Shown here one piece after another: positions 13,178 to 26,769 of a stretch of DNA of 64,000 nt. This DNA is from Tubiluchus corallicola. Taxonomy: Eukaryota; Animalia; Priapulida. The stretch spans positions 496,001-560,000 of the forward strand of contig JAQGDQ010000019.1 of the NCBI GenBank assembly GCA_030141605.1. Reading direction: 5' to 3'. The translations under genes and the position numbers were made by a program. How positions within the stretch are numbered: position 1 is the stretch's first letter; each line of letters begins with the position of its first letter. Below the pieces are notes generated by a model. That model did no database searches and was not told the DNA's origin. It saw only the letters and a program-made list of their open reading frames with translations.

Positions 13178-13314
13178 AATTGATGCATTGCAATCTGTAG
13201 GTTGAGCGAAAGTTACAATCGCCTAATTTCCTCAATGTGAGCAGACTGCCCTCCTACCGTAGCATAACTATGTACTCATAACCGATAACAATTACAGACC
13301 GATGTATCGAAAAT
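13178..13314 (+). repeat. Diverged direct repeat, copy 2 (copy 1 at about 11945-12095)
   Basis: Alignable by eye to 11945-12095 with a small indel. Confidence 0.75.
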
Positions 13315-14767
13315 CGGTAGACTTTCAGTCCATATGGTCACTGGCCACATACCATATCTATTTGCCATTTAATTTACTGCAAATTAATTAAATATCTACT
13401 TGGCCTGTTGTTAGAAACACTGAGTTTCATTCGGTACTTTAGTACTTATACACATTTGTCTGTGAGATATTTTATTCCATCCTTTTCTTTTAATGCCGCT
13501 AATCTAAATTAACTTTAAAGTGTATTAGTTAATAATTATATAATAGAATCAACACATACCAATTGAAGTTTCTTGCAAACCAGAACCTAACACTTAATGG
13601 CAGGGCCCACTACTAATGTCGGATGGTTGTGGTGGGACCAGAACATTGCCGAATATCAAGAACATTTTATTGAAACCTAAATGATTAACATCTGAGATGT
13701 TTTACCTTAGCTATGGTTAGAATGGTGCACTATACATCCTCCCTCAATGAGAAAAATAGCTGTTCCCCACTGTTCCCACTTATTTATTAATCAGGTCTGA
13801 TGTGCTGCTGAACTTGTGAAGCTGCGTAAACATCTTTAGTTGAGCAACTATTTTTGCATAAAATCACGGGAAAATAGTTTACGAAAAACCAATTTGCTTG
13901 TTTTTGAGAAAACGCGCAATATGTCCCTGTCAGCGTTATAATAAACGTTCAGGCGTGAAAATAGATAATGAATTATTTACCATGTTGACATTTAAGATTG
14001 ACTGAACATTGCTCAATGTACTAAAACATTTAAAATTCCGAAATAGTCTTGTAGGTTTACTTCTACGATATTGGGGCCTTTTTTGCTTATTTGTTAATTA
14101 AATATTCGATGTCATTATATGTATGTGTACTATCATTAAGATGATCATGGTCTCAGCATTGCACACATACTACAGTCCATATAATTATTGATCCAAAGTA
14201 CGGTGACAGTAAAAAGGAAAGAGCACCGCGACGAGCACTCTGCACTCAGCATTACGAGCAGTGATCAATTTTACCTGAACTTCACTTGCAACATGATACT
14301 GTTCCTGAAATTATACGCTTATTAAAAACGCTATTCACGTAACGATAATGTTGCGCACACCTAGCTATGAACTAAATGTATTCAAATAAAAGCTCTCTTT
14401 TCTTTCTTATTAATGCAGACTTTATCAAGTTGATTTTTAACAGAATGGGTATAGTTTCCATTAGCTCCAACAACCAGGCTTGAGAGTAAGGTACTTGGGA
14501 CTTGTTAAGCTGCATTTCAGCGATGCATGCCTCCTTAATGACTGTTAGAAAGAACCCAAAAAGCTACGTCTTCTATACGTTCTAGGGTCTTTTCTTTACA
14601 AAAATGGATGACGCATTCTATTATAACTACACGCTTAATTCACGCCCCAAAAGATGTTGCTAGCTTGAAAAACTAGCGGAAAAAGGGCCAAAAATGCAAG
14701 AAACAAAATGGCCACAAAGTCTTTGCGCAAACTATACAAATCAAAGGAAATTTCCAGATAATTAGTA

Positions 14768-15737
14768 CCGTAAAACGGGGTGAGTTCGCCACCCGAGGGT
14801 GAGTTCGCCACCCCTTACGTAATGGCTATTGTAGGCTTGCTGTAACTATTGTTCAGTGTTTAATGAACAGACATCATGATCACCGTCATTATAAACAGTT
14901 TGCGACAGTCATCTTCTTTCAATTAGCACTAAAAGTATTCCATTCTGCGCTACATATTATTTGTCTACTATTTCTTGCTACTTAACATGCCACGCACCTG
15001 CACCCCTGTACCTGGTCATAGATACCAAAATTATACCCCAGAAGCTCTGGAAGCTGCCCTACATGCCGTCAAGAATACCAACAAGACAATCAGCGCAGCG
15101 GCGAGGCAATTCGGAGTTCCAAGAAAGACCCTTTCTGACAAACTCTCAGGAACTCATCCGCGGAAGACCGGAGGTCAGCCAGTGTTCTCCGCCGCCGAGG
15201 AGCACGAAATCGCCAACACTCCAAGTGGCCGCTGAGTGGGGGTTCCCAATGACTGCCATCGATCTCTGACTACTGATTAAGAGTGTTCTTGACGCGAAGG
15301 GAATCCAGGAACGACGATTCAAGGCAAACACCCCTGGAATAGACTTTGTTAAATCATTCGCCCGAAGGAACAATCTGGTTTTCAGAGTGGCTGGCAACAT
15401 CAAGGGCGCCCGCGATAAGGTCAGTGTACAAGACGTTCAAGCCTTCCTTGCCAACGTAGAAGTTTCTATTTGAAAACTAAAACTAGACATTTTTCATAAT
15501 TTTTTCATAGGGTGGCGAACTCACCCCCAACCAGCCAATCACAACCAGTTAAGTTCAGCTGCCTAGAATGGCATTAACCAGTGTTAAATTGTTAGTGGCG
15601 AATTCACCCCACGTTAGTATTTCATTCGAAAGGCAATATAAAGTTTGAACTAAGAAAATCGGTTGGGTAATTCTCTTGCTATGGCAGGAAACGTAAAAAA
15701 TACCCCTAAAAAGTGGCGAACTCACCCCGTTTTACGG
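14768..15737 (+). mobile_element. Internally deleted pogo-like (Tc1/mariner superfamily) DNA transposon, 970 bp
   Basis: TA TSDs at 14766-14767 and 15738-15739. Perfect 25-bp TIR CCGTAAAACGGGGTGAGTTCGCCAC. Internal copies of the GGTGAGTTCGCCAC motif. Contains a transposase N-terminal remnant. Confidence 0.93.
14987..15473 (+). pseudogene. Truncated pogo/CENP-B-type transposase (psq-like HTH plus second HTH, no DDE domain)
   Basis: MPRT..YTPEALEAALHAVK..TISAAARQFGVPRKTLSDKL..GGQPVFSAAEE, then a frameshift near 15220 into AEWGFPMT..L*LLIK...FKANTPGIDFVKSFARRN. Stop at 15267-15269. Ends before the catalytic domain. Confidence 0.88.
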
Positions 15738-18519
15738 TATTGAGAATCGAATAGGACATCTTTTTCAGGATAGCTGGACCTGGAGCAATCTACTTTTGTT
15801 AAGCAAAAACAAAATGGCCGCTGGCCACCAACATATAATCCAGCTGAGAGGTGAAAAAATTGTTCACTTCCCCTAAAAACTATGAAATTTGCTTAATGCT
15901 ATAGAAGCCACCAAGGGGCTTAATTTTGGATACGTGGTCAAACGAAAATCCTATTTTTGAGATGGCCGACAAGACAGTTGTTACTAACATATAAAGATCG
16001 TATTTTAACAGCTAGAACGGATACGACGATGATTTTGGTGTTTAAAGGTCAAGGAATCCACAAATACTGCTTAAAGCCGGACAACTGATTAGACTCAATC
16101 TTATTTTAATTGCCTGTCCAAAAATATAAATATACATTTTATTGCCTATAAAAGTTAGCAATTGTTTCTAATATTTGAATAATTACCTTGGAAAGTTAAT
16201 TAACGGCAACCGAATACAGTTATCACTTACGTCACAAACTAACCACAGTTTGTGCAATGACAGGCATTTTCCCTGCGCGTCAAGCACGTTTGTTTAAGCG
16301 AAAACTGCTATAAGATGCTGATGTGATGTCACGAAAATGAGTTATACGTCACAGACAAACACGGCAGTTCATGAGTATGCTTACCACGGTACCGCACCTA
16401 TTTATCGATCACGCGAATGTGACAAAAAGGCGCCATTGTCAGTCTTAGTGGATTCGGCCAGACGCGAATAGCTTTGAAAGTTTAACAAATTTAACTATTC
16501 CAGGTACATTTTAATCTAAGCTTTGATTTTAAAAAGCTGCTGTAGTAATCAATTTTTAGAGCATTCTTTATTCTGAACTAATGTCTATAGTCTATACTAT
16601 ACAATCATCCGGTTTTCCTTTAAAAATAGCTACTGCATCGCCCTAATTAGAACTTCAATACGGCTGCCAAGGTGGTTATAGTAACATAGTGACTGTGCAA
16701 TATACAGTATTACCTATATTGCATTTTCTAAGGCAGGCAAGGTAATCATTTTAGTATCTCGATTCAAAATGGGCGACAAGATTGCTGTTCACGCAATCTC
16801 AGGATCTATCAATCATCTACTGAATCACATGCACGTCCAGCTGTACGAAATTTTATATTTTCTGTGTATATATATAAATATAACTGACCATCCATTTGCC
16901 GTTAGTAAACAAAGAGCGTGATTATCAGTAATCGATCCCCACTAAGCTCGTCAACACGCTCATTAAAAGCACTGTCATTCTCGACTTTAACAGTGTTGAA
17001 GAACCGTGTGGACGCCGAGAATGGCAGTGAAATTTGAATGTCATCCAAGTTTGACGACATCAAGCTGGTCTTGAATTTAAGTGTCGATCATCATTTTGAG
17101 ATTGAACAGCCAATGATAATGCGCGCTGGCAACTCAACTAGAATAGTCCACTTAAAGCAGGTGCGTGATCGGCGCGCTGTTACCAAAATAACGAATTATT
17201 ATAAATAAATGATTGCATAGATTACATTTTGTAAGTGGATGAGTGCAGAAATTTCCCTAAGTGACTTCCGTAAGTTTCGTTAACTTGTACTGTAGGGAAA
17301 TGTACAGAAACTTGCGCTCGTACTGCGGCGAATAACCTGCAAAAGCACAGGGTTGTGAGAGATTTCTTGATTTATCCGAAAATAATTTCAAGATGCATTA
17401 GCGTTTCTGGTTTTAATTCCATGATCTCAATGTGCACAACGCACAGAAGTGTTTAACTATCATGCCACGTTTCGTCACCTCGACTTTGCGTGTCGTTGAC
17501 AAACAACAAGTAGTAGTTTATCCCTGTAAATGTGGTAAAGCATCTCGAAAGGATTCAGTTAATTTAACTGTTTCCAGGGCGACGAGAAGCTGAAGCGCTA
17601 TAGGAGTCGCGCAGGGACTACTGAAGCTTCAAATTACACGACAGTGTTATTAAGCCAAATAACCAATTTGTGTTAAATACGATAAAATGTTTATGCCTTA
17701 CTGTGACTGACAATTTTTATAATCTTACATCTAACACATACATCCTCTTATCAAATAATTATTAGTATTTCATGTTTATTTTAGTGTAGTATTGTATTAT
17801 TATTAAATAAATAATCTCAAATATCAAATTTTAAATTATTATTAAAATACCCATTCAAAAGCTTAGTCAAGTGTGCACAGTGACTAACTTATTATAGTGA
17901 TAATTAATATTAATTCTTGGTATACAGACTGCTACAACGCAGCCATAATGGCACTGGTGGCGGTATCAGTAAAGGTGTCACAAGCAACAAATTAACTCTT
18001 TTCTTCAGCAAATAAACGAACTAGCAAAAAATCAACAACACAATCAGTTCCTTCAAAATTAAGCGACCAAGTCACAAAGCCCCAACGCTGGAAATTTGGA
18101 TAGCGCTTACGAACATCATAAAACCAGACGCACATTGGTAAACGCTCATTAAGGAAGACGTAATAGTTATCAAATTAACCAATGAGCAGCTTTCTCTAAA
18201 ATTTACTAGATACGTTTTGCTAAGAGGTTTGTTCTTATTTTTCACCTCATTTCAGCGAACAGTATTTTGCTTCTTTGGAAAAACGGTGTATATAAAAGTG
18301 TGTTTTGCATGTGTATTACTACTTTACATATTTTGATATAGTTGTCTTCTTACTTATCATGATTGTGAAACGCTACTGTGTTCTTATACATAGTGTAGTC
18401 AAACTGCTCATTCCATGATAAAGTGTTGCCTACTAGTTTCCCAGGAATTTTACACGATCTTGTTCATTATCGATTTACAGTATTATAGACGATATTATAA
18501 TTGGTATGATATGTGGGAG

Positions 18520-18975
18520 GCAATAACATGAATTCAACTTTACTTTCATTCAAAATTAGGAATTAAATGCAACGTCAAATTGTACATAACCACAAGAAAG
18601 GGAGTTTCAAAATACCAAATTCTAATCGAGTTCAAATTCAGTATTAAAGACATCGGAACAGAGACATGAAAAAGATTATCTTTCCCATATCTCTGCTTCT
18701 GAATCGAGAGTAATGAGTAATAAGACCAATCTAATGCTTCACCTTATTCTAGGGCAAAATCTATATAATAATTTGTTAACAGAGATTCTGCTAAATTGTG
18801 AGCAATGATTGCATCATGTTTCAAATATTGATAAAAACGAACGTTGTTGAAGTACTGAAATATTCGAATCCATAATTTTAGGCTCGACTCGAATTTGAAT
18901 TAAAAACTCATTCGAATCGAATTCGAGCATTTGAATTCAATTTGGACGTTCGAACTCGAACCTGAGTTTTGGCAT
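18520..18975. mobile_element. Degenerate TTCGAA-rich element, probably the same hAT MITE family as 4759 and 32029
   Basis: Dense ttcgaatcgaattcgag / gttcgaactcgaac motifs at 18864-18962. Termini and TSD could not be identified. Confidence 0.4.
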
Positions 18976-19409
18976 TCCGCGTACGTGCAGACTGTGTAGT
19001 TATACCCATTCAACAAATCTTTGCTAAAACCTGCAGACCTCACACATTCAATGTAAATGAACAATTGAACATACTTGATAATGTACAATCTTCTTCTAAC
19101 AAAAATATTGCCCGTACGAGATTTTACAACAGAAGATATTGAATTAAAGTAGATCTCTTTGTTTTACAAAATACACGTTATCGTTACAATGGACCACATC
19201 GCGATTATGACAAAAAACTACAGTGTGTTTAAATAACCAACACAAATAATTATTCTGCTGCAAAAACTTGCGAATCCTCAGAGTAAAGACAAGAACAAAC
19301 TGCTCACGATACGAAACCATACAAAATTTTACGGTCAGAGAAGACAAGGAGGCTGATGTATCTAAGCAACCTAGCATCCCAGAGGCGAAGAATAAACAGC
19401 TGACCTTAC

Positions 19410-20110
19410 CGAATGCCGGAAGGCTACCTCATAGATAAACAGTTCTAATCCGGTACAAGATAAAGTAAACATCGTAGCAACAGTCAAGCCAGACCATTAA
19501 ATGATTTGTCCTCACCATCAAGCCTAGTTTTAATGTACGTTAACACTGAAGTTAAACCGCGAACGAGTATTACAACTTACAATGTCTACGAAGTCCTTTA
19601 TTGATCCAAGACGTGAATCAAACAATTTCGATAATGGTGAATGAACTTGGCAAGCAAAATACTCCATCAAACTTGATGAATGGCAGCTACTGACGGGTTG
19701 CTGTACTAAACGTATATTGACCAACACGCAATTTCTCACAAAACTGATGATGATGTAATGCCAATAACTGATTACAGCGCATACAGATCAAACAGTTTAT
19801 TGTGTCGTTATTGCAGACGGCACATGCGTCGCTTTACAGACCAGAGCCATTCAGCACGGCTTCCACGAGTGGCACGTCTACTACCGAAATCGCACAAGCT
19901 TCCTAATCTACACTGTTGCCGCAGACGGGCCCTCGTTATGGATCCACACCTTCCTGGCTTTAACGCGAAAATGTTGAATCAGTGCACAAAAATGGATCGT
20001 TTTTCAAGTATCTCTTGTTAAAACAGTTTTCATGCTAAAGCACACCAAACGATTTCCACTAGCAAACCGACTGACAATAAAATCATTGCCTGCGCCTGGC
20101 ACGGTTGTTA
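19410..20110 (-). promoter_or_regulatory. Candidate promoter / first non-coding exon of disp
   Basis: Locally CpG-richer stretch ending in the minus-strand donor TCG|gtaagg at 19410/19409. An alternative candidate donor is GTG|gtaagc at about 16385. Inference only. Confidence 0.3.
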
Positions 20111-22516
20111 CAGGATCAGTAACCCTACATTGTTATAGGATTAATAATCTTATAACACGATTAAAAATCGGGCAGTCAGAAATAGTTAGCTTTTTAATTT
20201 TGGACATTTGATTATATTCTGCAATTGCACAATAACAATTTAGCATGGCATTACCACAATCTGGATTGTGCTGATATCATGCAATTATATAGTAAGGGTT
20301 CTGTGTAAGAACGTCCACACTGTGGAACACCTGCACCCTTGAACGGCTTAAGGAGGCTCACAAGGACTTCCTCTAAACGCTTCACATAAACTCACATCAC
20401 TGCATCACTATAACACTTACCCAAACCTGCCCTGCCGCTAAATCCGCCATACTGCCAAACCTGCCATACCGCCAAATAGTCAGAGAAACAAATGGGTTAT
20501 TATAGTTAATTACCTAATGAGTTTTTGCATAACAATATTTTCTTCCACACATACAAACAAGGATTTTATCAAAAAATGTACAATGTATGTGGACCAGGAT
20601 GAAATTTATTTGAAAATTTCCAGTTCACATTCAGAATCTGTGTTCAATATTGCGAAAATATTTAATTGAGATATATTTGCTTTGGCATCCAACTCAACAT
20701 TTCTCTCAGTCTAATCAACCATTGTGTGAAACGTGGGGCATTTTTTTTAACAATATACAAAAATAGTTAAAGAGTAATTTTTTAGATATTTTTAACATAT
20801 GCAGATCACTGTTAAGGTAATAACACACCATTTCCATTGTTATGCTAATGTTTCATACCATTTCACCAAAAATGTAAGCTATTACTGCATCAGAATAACG
20901 AACTGACTGACTGACTGACTAACTAACTAGCTTAACTGCCTATCCGATTTATGTCGCACTACGGTTATATATTTTTATATATAATCCTCACCATTATACG
21001 GTTGTATATTTTTTCAAATTGTTTTTATATTATGGCGGGATACCAACGGCTTCAGTACACAGCTGATGTGACAACTGTCAGTTTCAAGCAGCCGATTAAC
21101 ACACAGCACTTTTTTTACACATAAATACGCACGCGCGTAATCACATATTCGATTTTCTGTCGCGATTGTGCCACTGTTTGCGTTGTTCATTACTAAACCT
21201 GATCAATCCCATACAAGCGCCTAAAGAAAGCGGCACATCAAAGGAAGTTAGCAGCCTGGTAATAAAATAAGTGCTTTCAGTTTCAATCAGCTTGCACTTG
21301 TACCGTCAGCGTAACGACGTAATTGCACGGAATTTAAGGCTAACGATAGTCACAACCTGACCTTCATTTCTAAAACTACGTATTTTACTAAATTACTTAT
21401 GTTTGAGATACTGGACGAAGCCAAAACCCAAACGTATCAACATTTAACACTATGGCCACCATCCATGCTTTTGCTGCTTGAATTCGCTTTCTTATTGCAG
21501 TTATCACCTTTGCCAAACTGCCATACTTACTCACTCACACTGACCAAGCAACAGTTATATGTAATACTTTTTTCTTGTTGCTGTTACTGTTGTCAAAAAG
21601 GTATTGTACTATTTCCTTTGTCCCCTATGGTATAATCAGTGAATTGTGCACTGAGCACTTAAACAAGGAATAGCTCAATAGCCGCAGAGTCTGCTTACAA
21701 AAGTTGAGCAACGCTGGGTTTGTTTATTAAAATGCATAATAACCGCTAGGAAAATCACTTCATTTTGCCGTTGGACAAACGAGTGGTTAGTGATCAATGC
21801 TGACGTGATTTTGTGAGCTGCTGTGGAATGTTTACGGAAGCGTTTGGACAATGTATAATTTATGTTACAAATATTTAGACGAATTCTATATCCTATTAAT
21901 GTCTAATATAACTGGATATGAAGTAATAGTTGCATGTTATACAGAACTACGAATAATAAACACGTACAGCTGTGTCACGTTCCGCTTGTGCTATGTCAGC
22001 CATAAGAAGCATTGTCAACCTTGAGCTGATTCGGAAAGCAAGCCTTTGGTAACTGGTTTCCATGGATGTACGGTTATTATTAATGAGATTCTGTGCTTCA
22101 TGGAAAATTAAACAAATTCTAGTGATAATTGAAAGCTTGGAAAAATGCTTATTGAATTTGCGATGCCATAGATACCGAGACTGCGAAAATGTTCTATTAG
22201 ATGATATACGTGCTGCATGCCACGAGAACGCTCTTGAACCCCGTGTCCCAAAAAGGAAAGGGAGCAAGAAGAGAAAAAATATGCATGACACTATGCAATC
22301 ATATCACTTGGCGGTGTATGGGAACATGCCAAATAAGCCTACTTTGTCGCGAAGGATTGAGTAGCCTAGGCGGTGGATATTCAACATTAAAAAGGAAACT
22401 CATTAAACTTAAAGCTGATGGCGATTTGCGTGAAACTAGCATTTGAAGGGATGAATTTCAATCTGACATGACCAAGGTAAATAAATTTTGCGAAAATCGC
22501 CGATTTGCCTGTGCCT

Positions 22517-22703
22517 ATGAGTACTAGTGAAAACACTGACGTTGAGAGCAGCTTGACACGAAGTGAGACAAGTTTGGATGGTGGTTCCTCGTTAATAGAC
22601 TCGATTACACTGAACATTAGCAGTATCCACCCGAAAGTTGAGATTTTTGCTTTAAGATTTGGTGAAGAGGCGACGGAAACGGAAACCAAGCCACTTAGTG
22701 TAC
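22517..22703 (+). CDS. Candidate first coding exon of an unidentified gene (MSTSENTDVESSLTRSETSLDGGSS...ETETKPLSV)
   Basis: ATG-initiated 62-codon S/T/E-rich frame ending at a GTAAGT donor (22704). No recognisable homology. Confidence 0.25.
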
Positions 22704-25700
22704 GTAAGTTTACAAACTAAACATACTAGCTAAAATACACAGCTTTCTTTTTGTTATTACCACTAATTCTTTAATTACACAGAATTCTTTCCGTGCTAGT
22801 GCTATTCCTTTTATAGTCTGTTGTGTACTCAGTTTTACTGTTCTTGTTTATGAATGAAATTCAATCTGTAGATATGTGTATAATGCTGCAATGACAAAAT
22901 TTTTTAATTGTAGTTACCGCACTAAGGCATCATATATGTGTGCAATGAACCGTATACCACATTTCACAGTCATCAGAAGAAAAGCTGCTTATAATAACTG
23001 ATTTGGTGATACAATGACAAAAATACTAATTGCATTATTAACCGTTCTCTGACTGTGTCAGATGTACGATTTAAGTCAAAATTCGTGTTGCACTAAACTC
23101 AGGTACCTTTGTCATGTACAATAATATAATTTCTGTGAATACAATAACTTTTACTTTGTATATATTATTATTTTACCGTAATATCTAATTTTAAGTAATT
23201 TTTGTTATAGATTTTGTTACTGATGTTAAAACTAACAGGCAAATAAACTAAACTAAATTGCATTTGGTCATTCGTTTGATTATCTCATAAAAGGTGGACA
23301 TACATATATCAGAACGCAGCTGAGACACCTCAATTGGCAATATTTCAACTCATAGAATTGTTGTCGTTATTGAGTTAGGTTCCATCCTGCCACGAGTATT
23401 TAATGTAACAATACAGGTCCTGCCCTCGAGTGCTATGTTTAGCCCTGCAATGTGCCAGACTGTGTGTTATCATGCAATCTCACCTAAAATATGCAAGGGC
23501 AGAAAAATCTGTATAAATTATAGCTACATGAGCACTTGTCTGTCAGAAATAATATCGAAAATATCACAAATGACAAAGTTTGCATAACATCAGAGAATCC
23601 AATGCCTCGTTGAAAATCGTGGATAGAAGTGAATAATGAATAATATCAGCATTGATTAGGTTCCACATTTAGGTTGTTTACATTAGTATTGCGCGTTTTA
23701 CAACGTGTGTGATTACGCTTCTCGTTATAGTAAGTCGTTCAATCATTGTTTATGAGCATCAGACCCAGAAGAGAATTTGAGGCAAATCACAAGATTCATC
23801 AAAATGTGCAACAAAAATGGATTTTTTTAAAAGCAATAAAGTTTATTTCACAGGTAATTTTTTACTTGGTAAAATATCAAGTAAGAGAATGTCTTTTTGC
23901 ACATTTAGGTTTTTCCCGGTTAGTTCTAATTATAGTCTGAGTAATGCAGAAAGCTAATTTTACAGAAAAAAATTGATAAGACCCAAAACTGAAAAGTTCC
24001 TTTTGACCAATGTCAAGACTTGAAATTGGCATCTGACGAAAAAAATCCAGTATATGACTTTAAAGGTGAATGGGATGGCCTGGCTGACAGTTCATGTTTT
24101 TTAGAAGTTTGGATTGTTGTTGCAATAACGACTATTTACATAACCGCAAGCTTGCTGGTCTTGCTGTGATGAACTGAATTGAATGTCTGCAACAAATGCA
24201 TTTATGTTAGTAATCTAAATGGCACCATTTGTTTCGTGATATTTGTTGTTTTTGATATCAGCCGAGAGAAAACCAAATACGAGTCCAGCCAAATGGTGTG
24301 GCAAAAATGCCCAATGCAGTCCACTGAACCCCACTGCCTCCCAATGTGTATATATGACAACATGATTGCATATAATTCTGTGTGCAACTCCCGTACTACA
24401 AATGCAAATTAGGTGATTACGCGTTTTGATAGCTACTGGTCAATGCGTGCCTGGTCAAGATTTAAATTCATTATTCGATACAGTATAAAATGAAAGTTAT
24501 CTATGAAATAAAACTGCATTCTAAGTTAATACCACAGTTTGAAACAGTGCAGTAGATTATATCGAGAACAGCGTATACAGAATGCCCTAAAATGAACAGC
24601 AAGACCCAGTGAAAGTGATCCATTCACAAACGTGGGAACGTCGTTAGCCAAACATTCGGAAGGAAGCCAGCACGAACTCAGTCAACCGTGACTTTTTCCA
24701 TTGGAAACCGATTAGCTCACAAAGGATGACATTATGAGAGGGACACGAGTAATAAATCTCGCGCCAGGGGTCTCTAATCTAATATTACATATATTCATCA
24801 TGTGCAGTTGCACGATCAAGAATAGGTCCGGCGAAATTCAATTTCGCAACAATTCATTCGACATCGGCATGCCTTAACGACCGGTTGTTTGAGCTAACTA
24901 CAATTAATGATTGACCAATATGTGCTGCCAGATCACGAAAGAAGATTTAAAACGAATTTAGTGTTTTTCTTGTTCTTTGCCTATCAAGTTTTCACCAAAT
25001 GACTAATTGAAGTAACAACGCCGCTAAGCATACCCCAACGATACATCCCATTTAATGGTCAACAGTGTACCATTTATTAATTCCGTTTGCCACTTCATTT
25101 GCGTTTACATTGACAATGTTGTTGGGAGATCAACACTGAAGCAATGTTTGTTCGAGGGCATACATTGCTAAGGTAAACAGAAGATAAAATTCATAACATT
25201 AAAAGTGGAACATTTTAAGACGGTCTTATATCAGAGTCTCAGAGACAAACGTCCAGAGAAGTAGACATTTGGAATACTCTTAAAAGTTGTTTGTGTTAAC
25301 TAAATGGAAAATTCATAAAATACAAAACAAATAAATCAAATGTAAAAAGCACTACAATAACAACTAAAGAGATGAGGAAATCAGAGGACGTTAACCTTTT
25401 TGACAATTCGCTCGAATATTTTTTCTAGATGCTTTATTTAACTTTCTGTGTACAGGTGTACCACTAAATTTTAAGGACAGCTATAAAAACTAATTTGTTA
25501 CAAACTGTTAAAATTTTTGCTATTTAGAACTACTTTTTGTTTCATGTGTCTAAGTTTTGCAATTTAGTTTACATATTAATTTAAATAATGTTAGTTTTTA
25601 ATTTTTTTGATTTATGATAATATATGTCATTGCGCTGATTTTACACAGCACGTTTTTCCCAAGTGGTCAATTAGTGGATCTTTACTTTATTGCATATCTA

Positions 25701-26769
25701 TCATTGCCCAAGAGCAGCCGCTCAAACTACAAACTGGGCTTTACGAAATTATCCATAAAAATTTAAAAATACTAGTGAACGACCAATTTATGATATGAAC
25801 ACAAGTTGAACATTAGGTGCCTGAGTTGGCTTGGCAGAAATAATTTGTCTTTGCATGACATTACTTGCAAGCCATTATTTTTAGGTATCGCTTCAGGCCT
25901 CATAAACGATTTTAATATGCATTAGTAGTATGTATTAAATAAATTGACTGGAAAAGATTTTCCACTTTGCACACATCATCACCACTAATGTTTTTATAGC
26001 TTTATCATGTTACAGAATTGTTTCATTTGGTGATAAGCAACACTTTGGGTGTTGTCCCAAATAATGCATTTGAATGTTCATAATAAATTGAAAAATAAAA
26101 ACTTGAGTGGTTCCTAATTTCCATTTTGTACAGTAAATCAGATCACATGACAAATCTTAACAAAGATATTACTGAAGTAAACGGTTCTCTAAAACTCTTT
26201 TACATAAACATATTTGAATCAAAATTACACAATTCTAAATCGATCACAGTGAGAGCAACAAAAATTTTAACAGCAAGATGTTGTTTTCTAGCTTTTCTTG
26301 TTTAAAGTTTTACAAGAACATGACTTTATACCATCTCACTTTATATTTGTAATACACTAAAAGAGATATCGACGGGATAACTTGCGAAAATCCAAACGAT
26401 CAAGAAAAGAGAGAAAAATAAACATCATTTCTGATGATGATGACTACCAATCACGATAAACGAAATGATAACAACAACAATGAGGACAATGTTGCCAGCC
26501 TGCACATATCTGGAGTTCAAACAAACTTATAATGACATGGTTTCACATTAAGTTTCGCGGAATTATGAGCGGTGAACGATCATGAAAATATCATTGTTGA
26601 ACAATTAATCTTGATTATTAATACATGAATGCAGGCAGTTCACATTATACACATACATCAACAGGCGCCCATATGCATACATGTACAGGACATTACATTA
26701 GCTAACTGAGGCTTCGTTAATGTGCTGATATACGTTCTAAAGCACAGTACTTGCCACCTGTTAATGTCA

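Noticed and set aside
17947-17968. AATGGCACTGG resembling the 5' end of miR-183/263
   Set aside because: The match stops after about 11-12 nt and there is no complementary star arm nearby.
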